Shown piece by piece: positions 37,401 to 51,439 of a stretch of 64,000 nt of DNA; position 1 is the first letter of the stretch; each line of letters starts with the position of its first letter. The DNA is from Paraspadella gotoi (taxonomy: Eukaryota; Animalia; Chaetognatha): positions 7,193,632 to 7,257,631 of the forward strand of contig CM119271.1 in assembly GCA_051294375.1 (NCBI GenBank), given 5' to 3'. Under the pieces are notes generated by a model. That model worked only from the letters and a program-made list of their open reading frames with translations. It did not search any database and was not told where the DNA came from. Position numbers and translations under genes: made by a program.

Positions 37401-40400
37401 TCTCAAGACAAAAGTCAAAAGCAAGAAACAAAAATAAATAAATAAATTAATCAAAAAATAAATCTTACCAGTTTGCGCGTTGATACTGGCTCCTTGCATC
37501 AATAAGTCCGTGATGATCGCCGTCGAGTCCGAAGGTTCTCCACAGTCGCCATCTTCGTCGAAGCCCTGATCCAGACCGTTGCCGCGCGCGGCCGCCAGCA
37601 TAAGCGGCGTCAGCCCGTCGGGCCCCTTCTGGTTCACGTCGATCGACATGGGGTCGTAGTCGATTTCTCCTTGGGGCGGCGTGGGCATGCCTGGTGGGGT
37701 AGAAATGTTACATATGAATGAGATATTAGTTAAACTTTAAAAACACTTTATAATTTATATTTGAATCATATTTCGAGTTTTATTTAGATTTTAAACAAAT
37801 TAAAACAAATTAAATCAAATCTGTAGTATTTTAATTACAGAAAAGATAAAACTGCAGACGTACAAACAAACTAAAAACAAACAAACTAAAAACAAACAAA
37901 AGACTCACCGTGTCCGGGTTTAACGTCGTCCTGCTTTGCCCATTGCCTCGCCGAGTCGATGCTGTCGTAAGTGTTGTCGACGACCCTGCTCGAAGGGCCG
38001 GTCGAGGTCATGCCGGGAGGAAGCCCCCTCGGCCCATAGCTGCCCGGGTGGGGCGGGGTAAGCTGATTCATGGTGCCCGGTCCGTGATGGAACTGCGAGT
38101 TGCGTCGATCGTGAGCGCCGGCGCCGGCGCTGCCAGGACCGACCATGTACTCGTTGTAAGGATCGTACTCTTGCTTGATCCTTTTCTTGTTCGGTTTGTC
38201 GCAGTCGTCGTCCGACCAATCACCGCAATGTTTTTTGTTGTCATTGGCGTCCATGTCGTTGAGGTGGGAGGCCTGGGTTGGAAACGAAGGTTAGAATGAA
38301 ATATTTTCAAGTAATATTTTTTTGATAAGAGAAAAATGAAGCCGATTATAGTTAGTATTTTCTAATAAACTTATGTCTTATTCATAATTTTATAAAGAAA
38401 TCATACAAGCATGACATTATCATTAAACCTGAAGGAATTCAAAAGTAACTAGCTAATAAACAAAATAATTTCAAATTTTCCCGCCATTTTTCATCGTTTC
38501 CACTCCCACCTGACTCCCGTGAATGTTCTTCATCTCCTCTCCGTCCGGCCCTCTCCTCATCGAAGCCCCGCTATTCCGCGACGACATCGAAGACTTTGGC
38601 TTCAAGCTGCCGATGAATCCTTCAGGAAACCACGTGGTCCCTCGCTGTCGCTTCCGCTTGTTCACCGTCACCAGAACACAGGCGACGGCCAAGACGAGCA
38701 GACAACCGAGAACGATGAGGATGATGACCTCGTTGCCGGGCGCCGAAGGAATCGCCGGCTCGCCGCCCTCGGGCTCCACCGTCCTCGCTTCCACGAAGGG
38801 AAACGGGATCTCCAGTTCGTCCCCTCTATCCTTCAGGATCTCCAAGTAGTCGGCGGCCGACTTGGCCGTGTTGAAGCACTGGTTCTCTTCGGCGTCCTTG
38901 CCTTCTTCGCACTTGCGATAATCGATGAGGAGGTAGACCTGAGTGCCCTCGATCTGATCGTAGACGGACGACCGTTTCCGGCGGCCGCTCTGCATGTCCT
39001 GGAGGGAGGTGCTCTCTTCTTGGATCTGGTGTTGGAGAAGGTTGGGTGGAAGTGGAGGAATAGAAAGGAAAAAAAAATTAGTTTGATTTTTGGAAGAAGC
39101 ATTTACGTCTAAGCTAAAGACATCGAAATTACATCGAATATTCGAGTGAAGACTTATTTCCATAAAAAGTTAAAAATGTTCACGTACTAATCAAAAACAA
39201 AAAGCAAAACAGAACAACAAAAAAAATTTGAAACCAGAGGTGGAAATTATGAATATTATTATACTGAATTATACCGAATACTATTATAATTATACTGAAT
39301 ATTATTATTAAGTTTAAGAGTTCCTCATAACATTTATCTCCAAACCTCGTGGCTAAAGCTGACATTCAACGAATAAACTAACGATTTAAGACGATCAATA
39401 ATGGTTGATCTCTAACGAGCACTAATGGCCGCATTACCGCGAACGTACGATAACTAATTAACGCGAACTAACGAGCACTACTGCTAACGGATATAATGTT
39501 TGTAAAATTTATACTTACGCTAACCTCGTCAAGGAATCTCTTCAGTCTTTGATTCTTCCCGCCGAGGGTCAAAGCCGTCGGCGCCCATGGATAAATCATG
39601 TCGTTGCCGTTGTTGTCCTTGGCGATGCTGACCACGACGTGGAGCAGTCGGCCCAGCGCTCGCAGAAACCGACCCGTGTTCTTGATAAACACGTCCATGG
39701 GTACCATGACGACCACGGCCAGGTAGTCTTTGTCGTACTTGCCGGGACCCTTCTCGCAATCGAAACCGTCCCAGCCGCATGCCATCGAGTTGCAACCCTG
39801 ATCGCAATGTTTGTTGTTCCAATTCTTTTCGCAATAGGCTTCGTAGGTCGGGTTGCATTCCCCGACGTTCTCGCAATCGAAGCCGTCGTAGAGGCACTTA
39901 CGGGGAGAAAGAGGGGAGTGTGTAAGTTGAACGATCGTAGACAAAGTAAACGAAGTAAAAAAGGAAGTCAAATTTCAAAAAATTAAAAGATGAAAAAAAA
40001 AAAAAAAAAAATAGAAGTCGAACGAAAAACAAAGCCAAACCCATCGCACATTTTCTCACCATTTCAACATTGCATTCGGGGTTGCACACTTTATCCCGAA
40101 ACACGTCGACGCAGGCCAACCCGGTCTTGGTCTTGAGGTTGCACTCTTCCCAGAAGGTGCCTTTGGGCTTGTCGGGCACGTCGACGCCCTCGCCGCCGGG
40201 GAACTTGGGGTCGAAGTCTGAGCAACGTCGCCCGTTCCACGTGGACGGGCAGTCGCAGACGTAGTCGCCGGGCAAGTCCCGACAGGCGCCGCCGTGCTCG
40301 CAGACCACGCCCTCGCACTCGTTCTTCTCGTCGATCTCGCATCGCTCGCCTTTGTGGGGGGGGGGAATTAATTTAAATTATTTAATTAAGAAATTATAGT

Positions 40401-40415
40401 AATAATATTGTATGT

Positions 40416-40447
<32 letters not shown>

Positions 40448-40460
40448 TAAAGAAAGAAAG

Positions 40461-40520
<60 letters not shown>

Positions 40521-43500
40521 TCGTCAAACTAACGCACCTTTAAGCCCCGGAATACAGAGACAAATAAAAGACGTCGCCAGCGCCTCGCACGATCCGCCAT
40601 TTTGACACGGGTTTTTGCGACACACAGATGTCGTCTCTTCACATCGATCGCCAGTGAGCCCTTCGGGGCATTCGCAAACGGGGCCGAAGTCGCCGTTTGA
40701 GCAGAGACCGCCGAAGCGGCACGGGTTTGGCTCGCAGAAAGAGAATTTGTGTTCGCAGTGTTTACCTGATGGGCAGAAATATAAGTATTTGTTAAGTTTG
40801 TGTTTAAAAATGTCTTCATTTCAAAATAGGCAGCTATTGTTCTAACCCGTCCATCCCGGGATGCAGTCGCATCTGTACGCGTTGACAGTTTGCACGCACG
40901 CCTGAGTTCCTTCTTTGGAGCAAGGATTGGAGAGACACTCGTTCACGTCGCCCTCACAACGCGGACCGACGAATCCGGCTGGGCATCTGGCGGCGAAAGA
41001 ACGAAACAATTAATTCTAGCGTTTAATAGAAATATTTTTGTTAAAATGATGTCATGGCACGAATAGATTTTAAAATTAGAAAATTACGACAAAGCGCAAG
41101 TAAACTCACCGGCAGGAAAACCCATTGATCTGATCCACGCACTCTCCGTCGTGATGACAGGCGCCCTCGAAGCAGTCGTTCTGGTTGATCTCGCACAAGA
41201 GGCCGTCCGTACCGCGAGGACACGAACAGTAGAATGAGTTGGTCTGGTCGTGACATGTGCCGCCGTTGTGACAGGGGTTGTACGCGCAGTCGTCCACGTC
41301 GTACTGACACTGTGTGCCTTGGAATCCGGGCAGGCAGTCGCAGGTGTAGTGACCGACGCGGTTGATGCAGGTGGCGCCGTTTCTGGGAGGACGAAAAACA
41401 AAAGGGGTAAAGTTTGACAATAAGCGACGAAAAAAAACAAACCAACAATTGTCTCGTCATCAGCATTGTTTAAAAAGAACAACAAGAAAATAAAATCAAT
41501 TTAAAATTAAATTCCTATTAAAATTAACCTATTAAACAAATATAATTAACGAAACCCAACGGCTAACCTGCAGGGCGAGGACTCGCAATGGTTGACCGGT
41601 CGATCGCAGTACGATCCCTCCCACCCCTTAGAACAGTTGCAAACGTGAGAAGTGCCACGATCGTGACAAGTCCCGTGAGTGTTGCAAAGTTGGTCGAAAC
41701 GTATTCCGCGCTGATTTGCCAAAATATCGCAGGAAACCTTAACGAGGAAAACAGTTCATTTAAAAAAAGGGGTCAAAAAACAAAAATCCATGTAACACGA
41801 ATAACACAAATAAAATGAAAAGTACGTAGTACGAAATAAAAAAAATAAAAAAAACTCACCATCGGTACGTCGCAAATTTTGCCCGTCCATCCATCGGGAC
41901 AGTGACACGTAAACTCGTGCCTGACTTGCGTGCATCGTCCGTTGTTCTGGCACGGTTGCAGCGAGCACCAATCGACAATGTTCTGGCATTGGCCGCCTTG
42001 AAACCCGCGAGGACAGAAACACTTGTAAGCTAGGTCACCGTCGACGCAAGTGCCGCCGTTCTTGCAAGGCCCAGAGTCGCAACGGTTGACGCGGTTCTGG
42101 CAGTTTGAACCGGTGTAGCCGTCCGGACAGTAGCACTTGTAGCTGTTGACGAGGTCCTTGCAGGTGCCGCCGTTGAGGCAGGAGGTGGAGGTGCAATCCT
42201 CGTCGTTAATCTGGCAGTTGGGACCAGAGAATCCGCGCGGACACTCGCAGGTGTGGGAGTCGACGAAGTCTGTGCAGGTGGCGCCGTTTTGACAGGGCGA
42301 GCTGAGGCATTCGTCGATGTCCTCTTCGCAACGAGAACCGGTGAAGCTGTTTGTGATGGGGAAAGTGTGAAAAAAGATTTAAAAAATTATGCAAATAGGG
42401 AAAATAAGTTATCGAAAAAAAAAAACGGAAAAATGAAAAAAAAAAAAAAAATGTATGAAAAATTAAAAGCACATCAGCGATGAATGCTTGAATGAAAGCC
42501 GAAACTTGTCTGTACCATTAAAAATAAAATCGTTGATGTAAAAAGACTTCGTCTTTAATCTCAAATAAGAATTATGAAAAATGAAAAAAATGAATGAAAA
42601 TAAATAAAAAGAAGTACAAATCAAACAATTTTAACGAAACTTACCCATCGACGCAAAAGCAGCTAAAGTCGTCCAGGCCGTCAACACATGTCCCGCCATT
42701 TAGACAAGGACTGATTGGCGAGCAATCGTCAATGTTGTATTCGCATTTGCGTCCTGAAAACCCGCGCTGACAGCGACACGTATAATTGCCATTGGTGTTG
42801 ATGCAGGTGCCCCTGTTGCGACAGGGCACGCTGTCCACGGCGCACTCGTCCACGTCTTCGTCGCAGTGTCGGCCCGTCCAGCCGATGCGGCACACGCACT
42901 GGTAGCTCTGGGTAAGGTAAGGTAAGGTAGCAAAGGTAAGTTTATATCGAGGGACCGTTAAAATTTAAATGAATAGTAGATTAAATACAAACTCTCCACC
43001 CAAATTACCTGATAATCCGAGGTTGGCATGCATTTGGCTCCGTTGTTGCAAGGATTGCTCTTGCACGGATTAAGCCTGACGTCGCAGAATCTCCCAGTGT
43101 ATGGCAGATCGCAGATGCATTTGGCCTGGTTGACGAGATCCACGCATTTGCCGTTGGTGCAAGGATTCGGGTCGCAATCGTCGATGTTGACGTGACAGTT
43201 GACTCCAGTGTAGCCTTGCAGGCAGATGCACTTGTAGGAAGTCTCGTGGTTCTGGCACCAACCGCCGTGTTGGCAAGGGTTGGAGAGGCAGTAGTTGACG
43301 CGGGCCTCGCATCGGGTGCCGGTGAAACCGGGACGACAGGTGCAAGTGAACCTGAGAGGTGGAGAGGGGAAGAGGAGGAAGAAGGGGAAAAGAAAAGAGT
43401 GGGATGATAGGAAGGGTAATGAAGTTGAAGGAAAGGAGAAAATTAGAAAATTAAGTTGACTTAGTATCATTTACTAGAAAGTTTATTTCGTTGAAAACTT

Positions 43501-44451
43501 TAAAACTTTCACGAAAATAAATAATAATGATTAGTAACATTTTTACTATCATTTTGTTTTTATTCACATTTCTTAACTGTTTAATATAAAATTTATTATT
43601 AGATTTATTCATTTAGTTATTCATTTTTACAAATACTTAAAAAACAGCAAATCTTTATAACTCTTACTTGTAAACCCCGTCGACGCAGGTTCCGCCGTTG
43701 ATGCAGGGATTGGAGGCGCACTCGTTCTCCTCGGAGAGACACTGCGGATCGAAGTATCCGGACGGGCAGTTGCACTTGTAGCCGTTGATGTGGTCCTCGC
43801 ATCGGCCGCCGTTGTGGCACGGGTTGGAGCGGCACTCGTCAATGTCGTGCTCGCAGTTGATGCCTTCGTAACTGGAGGAATAGAAAGATATTTGAAAGTT
43901 AAAATAAACGAGAATTGTTATTTGTCATAAATATTTGACTCGCCACCAGTCGGCTTACCCCGGCAGACACTGGCAGGTGTATCGGTTGATCCCGTCCGCG
44001 CAGGTGCCGCCGTTCCGGCAGGGGTTCGACGCGCATTCGTTGTTGTTGATCTCGCAGTTGCTGCCCCAGGTGCCGAGAGGACAGACGCATTCGTACTTTC
44101 CGATGAGATCTCGACAGGTGCCTTGGTTCTGACAGGGCTTCTCTTCGCATTCGTCCAGGTCCTGTGGTTAAGGTTTTTTAATTAGATTTTAAATTGAAGG
44201 TCAGATATTTTTAAAATTGAAAAAAGAAAAACCAAACAAAAGGATAAGGTAGAGAAAAGAGAGAAAAAAGAAAGGTAAAGAGCAAAGAGAGAGAGAACGA
44301 GGAGAGAGAAGGGGAAAAGAAAAAGATCTTGATTAATCGGCTAACATATTACCAAGTCGAGGTAAATAATTTTTTTACATATCGATGAAACAAAACCATA
44401 AAAGTAAAAAATAAGAATCTGCGATGTATTCCTTTCTTTTCGTTCTTTCGT

Positions 44452-44500
<49 letters not shown>

Positions 44501-47500
44501 CGTTTCTCTACTGAAATAAAATCGTTGTTGAAATCAATTTCAAACTTTTCTAATCGAACCAAAACCCCCAAAACCCCCAAAACTGACCACTTCGCAAAAG
44601 TCTCCGCCGTATCCCGAGTCGCAGTGACACTTGAACGAGTCGACGCCGTCGATGCAGGTTCCGTGGAGACAATGGATAGAGGCGCAGTCGTCTATGTTGT
44701 GTTCGCAGTTGGTTCCTTGGAAACCCTTGCGGCAAGTACAGGTGTAGGCGTTCTGGAAGAAGGGAAGGGGTGTCATTTTTGTACTTTTTCGCGAGTTTAA
44801 TAATACCGGCATTTTATTTCGTACCGATTTTTTTTTGAGGGGGGGAAGAAGTTAACAGTTGTTTTTTTTACGTCATATCTCACCGGAAAGTTCTGACACG
44901 TTCCGTCGTTCTGACACGGGTTGGAGTCACATTCGTCGATCTCGTAATTGCAGTTGGTGCCGGTGTAACCGTCGTAGCAATCGCACTTGTAGGAGCCCGT
45001 CTCGTCCTTGCAGACGCCGTGGGCGCATGGACTCGATTCGCACTCGTCCAAGTCGATCTCGCAGCGGGGACCTTGAGGGGGGGGGGGAGGAGAAAAGGGG
45101 TCGGTGTGAGGAATTGAAGGTTATGATCGGTCGAAATTTTGTAAAATGTAGCGGTAGTAATGTATACTCCACAACTCTTAACCCAAAGGTTTTCGGGTTC
45201 GCGACTCGGTACTGTTAGACAACGAAGTTCTGAAACTAGTTTGCCACAAAAAAACTTTCTAATCCAAATGTTCGCTCGATTATCTCTTGCCAACAACAAA
45301 AGTCAAGGCAATCTTATGCGCACAAATCGATTGGTTTACTCCGTTCACCTGTGAATCCTCGCATACAGAGGCAGAGGAATTGACCCTTTTCGTCGAGGCA
45401 GGTGGCGGCGTTGGAGCAAGGATTGCTGTCGCATTCGTTGATGTTGATCTCACAACGAGGACCCGTGAATCTGATTTTGACAATGAAGACAATAAATCGA
45501 ATTATCAATTGATTGAAAATTGAATAATATATCATATCGTATATAATAATAAATTGGCCTATTTATTTAATTGAATATTTTTTTTGTATACAATTAAAAC
45601 TAGACTGTGAAAAAGAATTGATTGGAAGCTCGCAGGGCCCCGATATGTTATGTTAGGAGGGATACAGGCTTTCACCCAACCACAAAGTCAGAGGTAAGGT
45701 CAGGAACAAACTCTTGTGGAATCTCGATTGGAACTTTGTGGAAATCCGTATAAACATTTGTGGATTTAATTCATTCATTGATTGTCTTATTTAATTAAAG
45801 ATTCATTGATTATTCATTCTTTCGTCATTGATAATTATTTAATTGATTCATTACTATTTTTCCCCTCGGCTATCATGAGTTAATGATTAATATTTTATAG
45901 CAGAGGTGTTGGGTACTTCTTCGTGTTTAGGTATTTATTTATTTATTTATTTAATTTATTTAGCTTAGGTATTTATTGAATGAATGAATAATTTTTTTAT
46001 ATTATTATTAATATTAATTTTTAATTAATATAATTATTAATATATTAATGAAAAAGAGTTATTACCCCCGCGGACAGTCGCAGTAGTAGGAGCCAATGGT
46101 GTTGACGCATGTGCCCCCTTGTTCGCACGGCGACACCTCCGTTTCACGACACTCGTTTACGTCCTGATGACAATGGCTTCCCTCGTAGCCCTGGATTAGA
46201 AAACAGGATTATTAAAGATAGCGATCGATATCGTCTCAAAAAAAAAAAAAAAAAAACTAATGGATCACGGTAAACAGCAAACTGACATTTTCTTATTAGA
46301 GGAGGCGAGAAAAAGTTGTTGTCATGTTTTCCAAAAAAAGCGTCCCCGTTTGCATTTCATTTCCGTTTATATTTAAAATTAAATTTTATTATTATTTATA
46401 TTAAAAACTAAACTAATATTTTAAATTAGTATTTAGTTTTTAATTAGGGTAAGGGGATTAAGGTTTATGATAAGAGTTTAAAGTAAATAATAAAATTTAT
46501 AAATAAAAAAAAAATTCAAACAAATATTAAAATCAAAATAAATTTCGGGATTAATAAACAGAAATCGGGGCGGTTTTCAGAAAATAATACCGAAATAGTC
46601 AGCCGATATTACAAAAAAAGATGTTAGGTCTCAGCAAAGCAAATCACCTGTTGACAAGAGCACAGGTAAGTGCCCGTCACTGGGTTGGTTTCGCAAAGGG
46701 CTCCAGCAAGACAAGGGTTCGACTCGCATGCATCCGCCAGGTGACACAGAATTCCTGATCGGCCGCGAAGAATTCAGGGTGGTTGGGCGGGTGGGGGGGG
46801 GGATTGGCGAGCAAAAGAGATCGAAAAGAAAGGGGGAGTTAAAAAATAAAAAAAAACGAGGTTGAGCAAATTTAGAAAAAGAGATTGATTAAAAAATAAG
46901 GCAGGACGGAAAAAAAGGTAAGAGGACAAGGTTACCAAACCAAAGAGGGGGGAGCGCCAAAAGAAAAAAAAGGGGAAAAAAAAAAAAAAAAAAAAAACGA
47001 AACGAAACATTAAAAATCACACATCAAATCAAAAGGCGACAAAAAAATTTTTCAAGAAGCACTTTGGACGTCAAAATGACTCACCAGTTTTTCCGGGAGG
47101 ACAGTCGCAGTAATAAAATCCCAGACGGTCGTGACACGTCGCTCCGTAGTAACAGGGTTCGGTGGCGCAATCGTCTATGTTGATGGAACAGTCGTAGCCG
47201 GTGTATCCATTTTGGCAGAAGCACGTGTAACCACTGTAAAAATATTTTCGAATCATTCAGAAATTGAAACTTTATGAAACGATGAAATTACTATAAATGA
47301 AAAAAAAAATGTTTTTCTCAGAAAATTTGTTGTTCTTTTTTTCAATCAAACCGGGCAGAAATTCGAAAGCATAGAGGTCGCTTTCTCATTTAACGTTCAC
47401 AGTTGAACGTAATTAAAACAAAACAACATCGCAGAAGAAACTTCGATGAAAGGAATTAAAAAATAATTCAAAGTTTTCAACTAACCCGACGGTGTTGGCG

Positions 47501-49015
47501 CAGGTGGCGCTGTTTTTGCAGACGGAGACGCTCAACTCGCACTCGTCGACGTCCACGTCGCAGAAAGTTCCTTCGAAGTTGAGGGAACACTGGCAGGTGT
47601 AGGTGCCGATGCCGTCAACGCAGGTGGCGCCGTTTTTGCACATGTTATTAACGCAGTCGTCGATGTTAATCTCGCAACTGAGAGAGAAAAAGAAGGGAAG
47701 TAGAATTAATACCGATATGGTTTTGTTGAATAGAGGTTTTAAAAACGCGTAAAAACTCTTACAGTTTAATTAAAATGGAGCTGGTAGTTCTAATTCAAAA
47801 CAAAAATATTTGGCTACTACTTTTCGAATAAAATCAATTAAAACAAATCTAAGGAATCAAATCAAAACAAAACCTGTGGCCGGTGAATCCAAAGGGACAG
47901 TCGCATCGGTTAGTTGTTTCGCTGAGCACGACGCACTGACCCCCGTTCTGACAGGGCGACGGCTGGCAGGGAATGTATCGCCTTTCGCAGTCGTGGCCCG
48001 TCCAGTCCTGCTTGCAATGACACCTGTAGGAGCCCCGGGTGTTGTAGCAGGTGCCGCCGTTCTGACAAGGGGCGCCGAGGCACTCGTCGAGGTCCAGCGC
48101 GCAGGTGTCGCCTGAAATAAAAGGGAGAGAGACGATTAGTGAATAGAAATAAAGAAAATTAACAATAACTAACACTAGTTAACCATAACGCGGTAAGCCT
48201 CACCTTCGAGCCCGGGCGGGCAGCGGCATTCGTAAGTGTCGGCGTGAACGATGCAGGTGGATCCTTGACCGATGCAGGGATGAGAGGCGCAGTGATCGGC
48301 CAGTTCACAGTGGTTTCCGTGATACCTGGAGGAGTTTAAAACGATGTTTGAAAGAAATATTTTTAAAAAGCAAATATATAAAACCTGATTATTTTTGGCT
48401 AAACGACTTTCGCGTCTCAACTTTTAATCAAACTCAAGTTTCATTAAACTACATTAATTTTTCGTAATTATTGTATCAATTATTGTATATTATTCTCTCA
48501 AATAAGTTCTAACTGCTTTCTCGATCCCAACTCGTGATACTACTAAACAGCTGAAAACGATAGCATGTCAAGATGGAGGCGAAAAGCGCAAAGTGGCCCA
48601 TTTGCAGAATCGGTCGGAAAAAAAAATCCCAAATTTTCCCCCAAATCCAGAATTTAACGATTAACGATTTCGGGAAAATCTCCCCGACTCCGCCTCCACT
48701 TTCTTTTTATCGGATTCTCTCTGTCTCTGTCGGTTTCTCTCTCTCTCTCTCCCGCATCGTTTTTAGTTCTTTTTGTAAAAAAAAAAAAGAAAAAAAGTTT
48801 TGTCGTTAAAAAATCTAGTTTCCCATCGCGTGGGAAAATGCGGCCACTTTTCCGCGCCTCTACCGCGTTCCTTGCCGCTAATCCGATCCCCACTCGATAT
48901 TTCTTTCTCTCTCTCTCTCTCTCTCTCTCTTCTCGTCATCATCGCTTCCCTCCCGGGTCTCACACACAATCGACGGAAAGAAAGTGGACGACCTTTCACC
49001 TAGTCACAAAAACGA

Positions 49016-49053
<38 letters not shown>

Positions 49054-51379
49054 CCGCTCTCTTTGCAAAGAGAAACAAAAAACAATCGGTGTTATGGCAC
49101 AAATTCTTTTTTTTTCCTTTCGAGAAAACATTAAATTTTCCGAAAACAACGAATTCCAGGTGCCGACGATAGAAGTCGCTTCGAACGTGAGAACTGATTG
49201 GAACGGGCAAACATTAAAAAAGATAAACAAAAACAAACTTGGGGGGAAAAACAAAAGGCAATAATTTTCTGAGAAAGGAATCCTCATTAGCTGAGAGAGA
49301 ATTCGAACGCCCGACCTTGAGAGAGTGACGTCTCACGCTGCAGTCGATTCCTCACGAAACTGGATCGAAGGCGAAACGAGGGTTCACAATTTCACTTTTC
49401 TCTGTCATTCGAAATGTGAGTCACATCTTTCGATTTACGAAAGTGACCGCAAAAAAGTGTGACTAAACAGATCGACCTAATTCTATATCCAAGACACGCG
49501 ACGGGGTTTTGCATCGTGTCCCGAAAAAAGTCACGAATAAATGGCTAATAAAACGCTCGTATAAAAATTTCCCTTCAACCCCACCCTCTTCTCTTCACTC
49601 ACCCCAGGGCACAGTCGCATTCGAAGTTTTCCGTGCTGCCGACCAAACGACACGTGGCGCCGTTATGGCACGGGGTGCTGTCGCACGCATTGTCCAGTTT
49701 GATCTCGCAGAGGCTGGCGGTGAAACCTGGGGTGTGAGAGATTGGAGGGAGAGAGAGGTAGAGAGAGGGAGAAAGAGGGGGAGAGAGGGAGAAAGAGGGG
49801 CAGAGATGGAGAGAAGAGAGGTGAAAGAAACAGAAAGAGCGAAAATAGAAGTATGAAAGCGAAGAAGTAGAAAGGAAACGGGAAAGGGGAAAATAAAATA
49901 AAAAGGATGAGTGAGTTATATCGATTTTTATGCTCAGACCGCGTGCGCCAGAATTAAATTTATATCTACGGTTTGATAGAAATTGTTCCTTTTTTTATAA
50001 ATGAAAAAAAAAAATTATTCGATAAACTTGGCCGCGAGAGTAAAAAAACTTTCTCTGTTTTTTGTTTTTATCAAACATTTCTGGCGAAAGATTAATTATT
50101 GACGATCGAAAATGAAAAACAAACAGAAAAACCGTTTCGCGATTCCGCTGAGTACAAGGAATTAAAGAGATTCTTCAGCGCAGTTGTTTAAGTATATATG
50201 GAGTTATTTAAATCATGGCGTTCCTTAAATTAAACTTAATGGTACGTAAAACTCAAAGGCAAGGCCTTACATCTCCTAGAAACAACACGATTTGAAGTTT
50301 AACTACTAGGGGGGGGGAAAGGAAAACCAAACAAAATCAAAATAGAGTTCATTTCTTATAAATTAGGACCGAAGAAAAAACACCTGCGAGCTGACGTGGC
50401 GGCATCCCGCGGCTCGGAAAGAAATAAAACTCTTAATAACTAAAAGAGAAACGAAAGGGGAAATCCCGTTCCCGGGCGTGACGGAAAAAAAAAAAGTCAC
50501 CGCTTTCACCTTTCTAATCCTCAACCACCTTTTACCCCCTCGCCCCACAAAAGAAACAGGTGGCAACATCCGCCGGCGCGACGAGTAAAACTTTTAGATA
50601 ACAACTGGCGCAACCTCGATCCCCGCTTAGCCCCGACCCCCCGTCGATTTTTACTTTGCCACGCCCACCGTTTGGCGGCGTCCAACCCCCCCCCCATTCT
50701 CGCTTGATCCCGTTTTATTCCTTTTTCAATTAAAGAAAAAAAAAAAAGTCGTGAGATGAAATCGAAAAAAAATCGATTTTTTCGTTTGTTCGCCTTGAAA
50801 GGATTAAAGGACGGGACCGGGTGGAAGGGAAATGGAGTGATTGGATGATATAAAGTGTTCAAAAGTCCATTGTCCAAAGTCGGGGGAAAGATGGCTCATT
50901 CATAGAACGAATGGATAATTTTGTGTTTGTCGTTACTGTTTGACACTAATTAGAGGTTAGAAAAGACAGTTTTCCTTTTAGAGAGAAAGAGAGAGAGAGT
51001 GAAAAAAGAGGATTAAGGTTCGAAACAAGGAAGGTGATGTTTTCAATTAGGCAACAGATTTGTTCAGTCAAGAACGACATACAGGTTACAAACTCAACTG
51101 TCAAGGTTAACGACCCCCTGAATTCTTCGAGAAGCCTAAACGTGAGAAAAAGAGCGAGAAAAAGTTGAATGAAAATATCGACAAAGGATCGAAGAAGAAG
51201 AGTGCGAGAGAGAGAGAGCGAACGTAAAAGAGAGGGAGACAGAGTAAGAAAAAGAGTGAGAGAGAGAGAGAGACATTTTCGTTCCGAGGTTTTTATCGGT
51301 GCCCATTTGTAACAGGAACCGAAACCCGAGGAAATGAATCGGCTTAACATTTTTTCCCTTAAGATTGGAAGCCGTTCGG

Positions 51380-51439
<60 letters not shown>

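Noticed and set aside
41440-41470. CTGATGA on the minus strand followed by GAGACAATTGTT
   Set aside because: No stem II and no GAAA, so insufficient for a hammerhead call.
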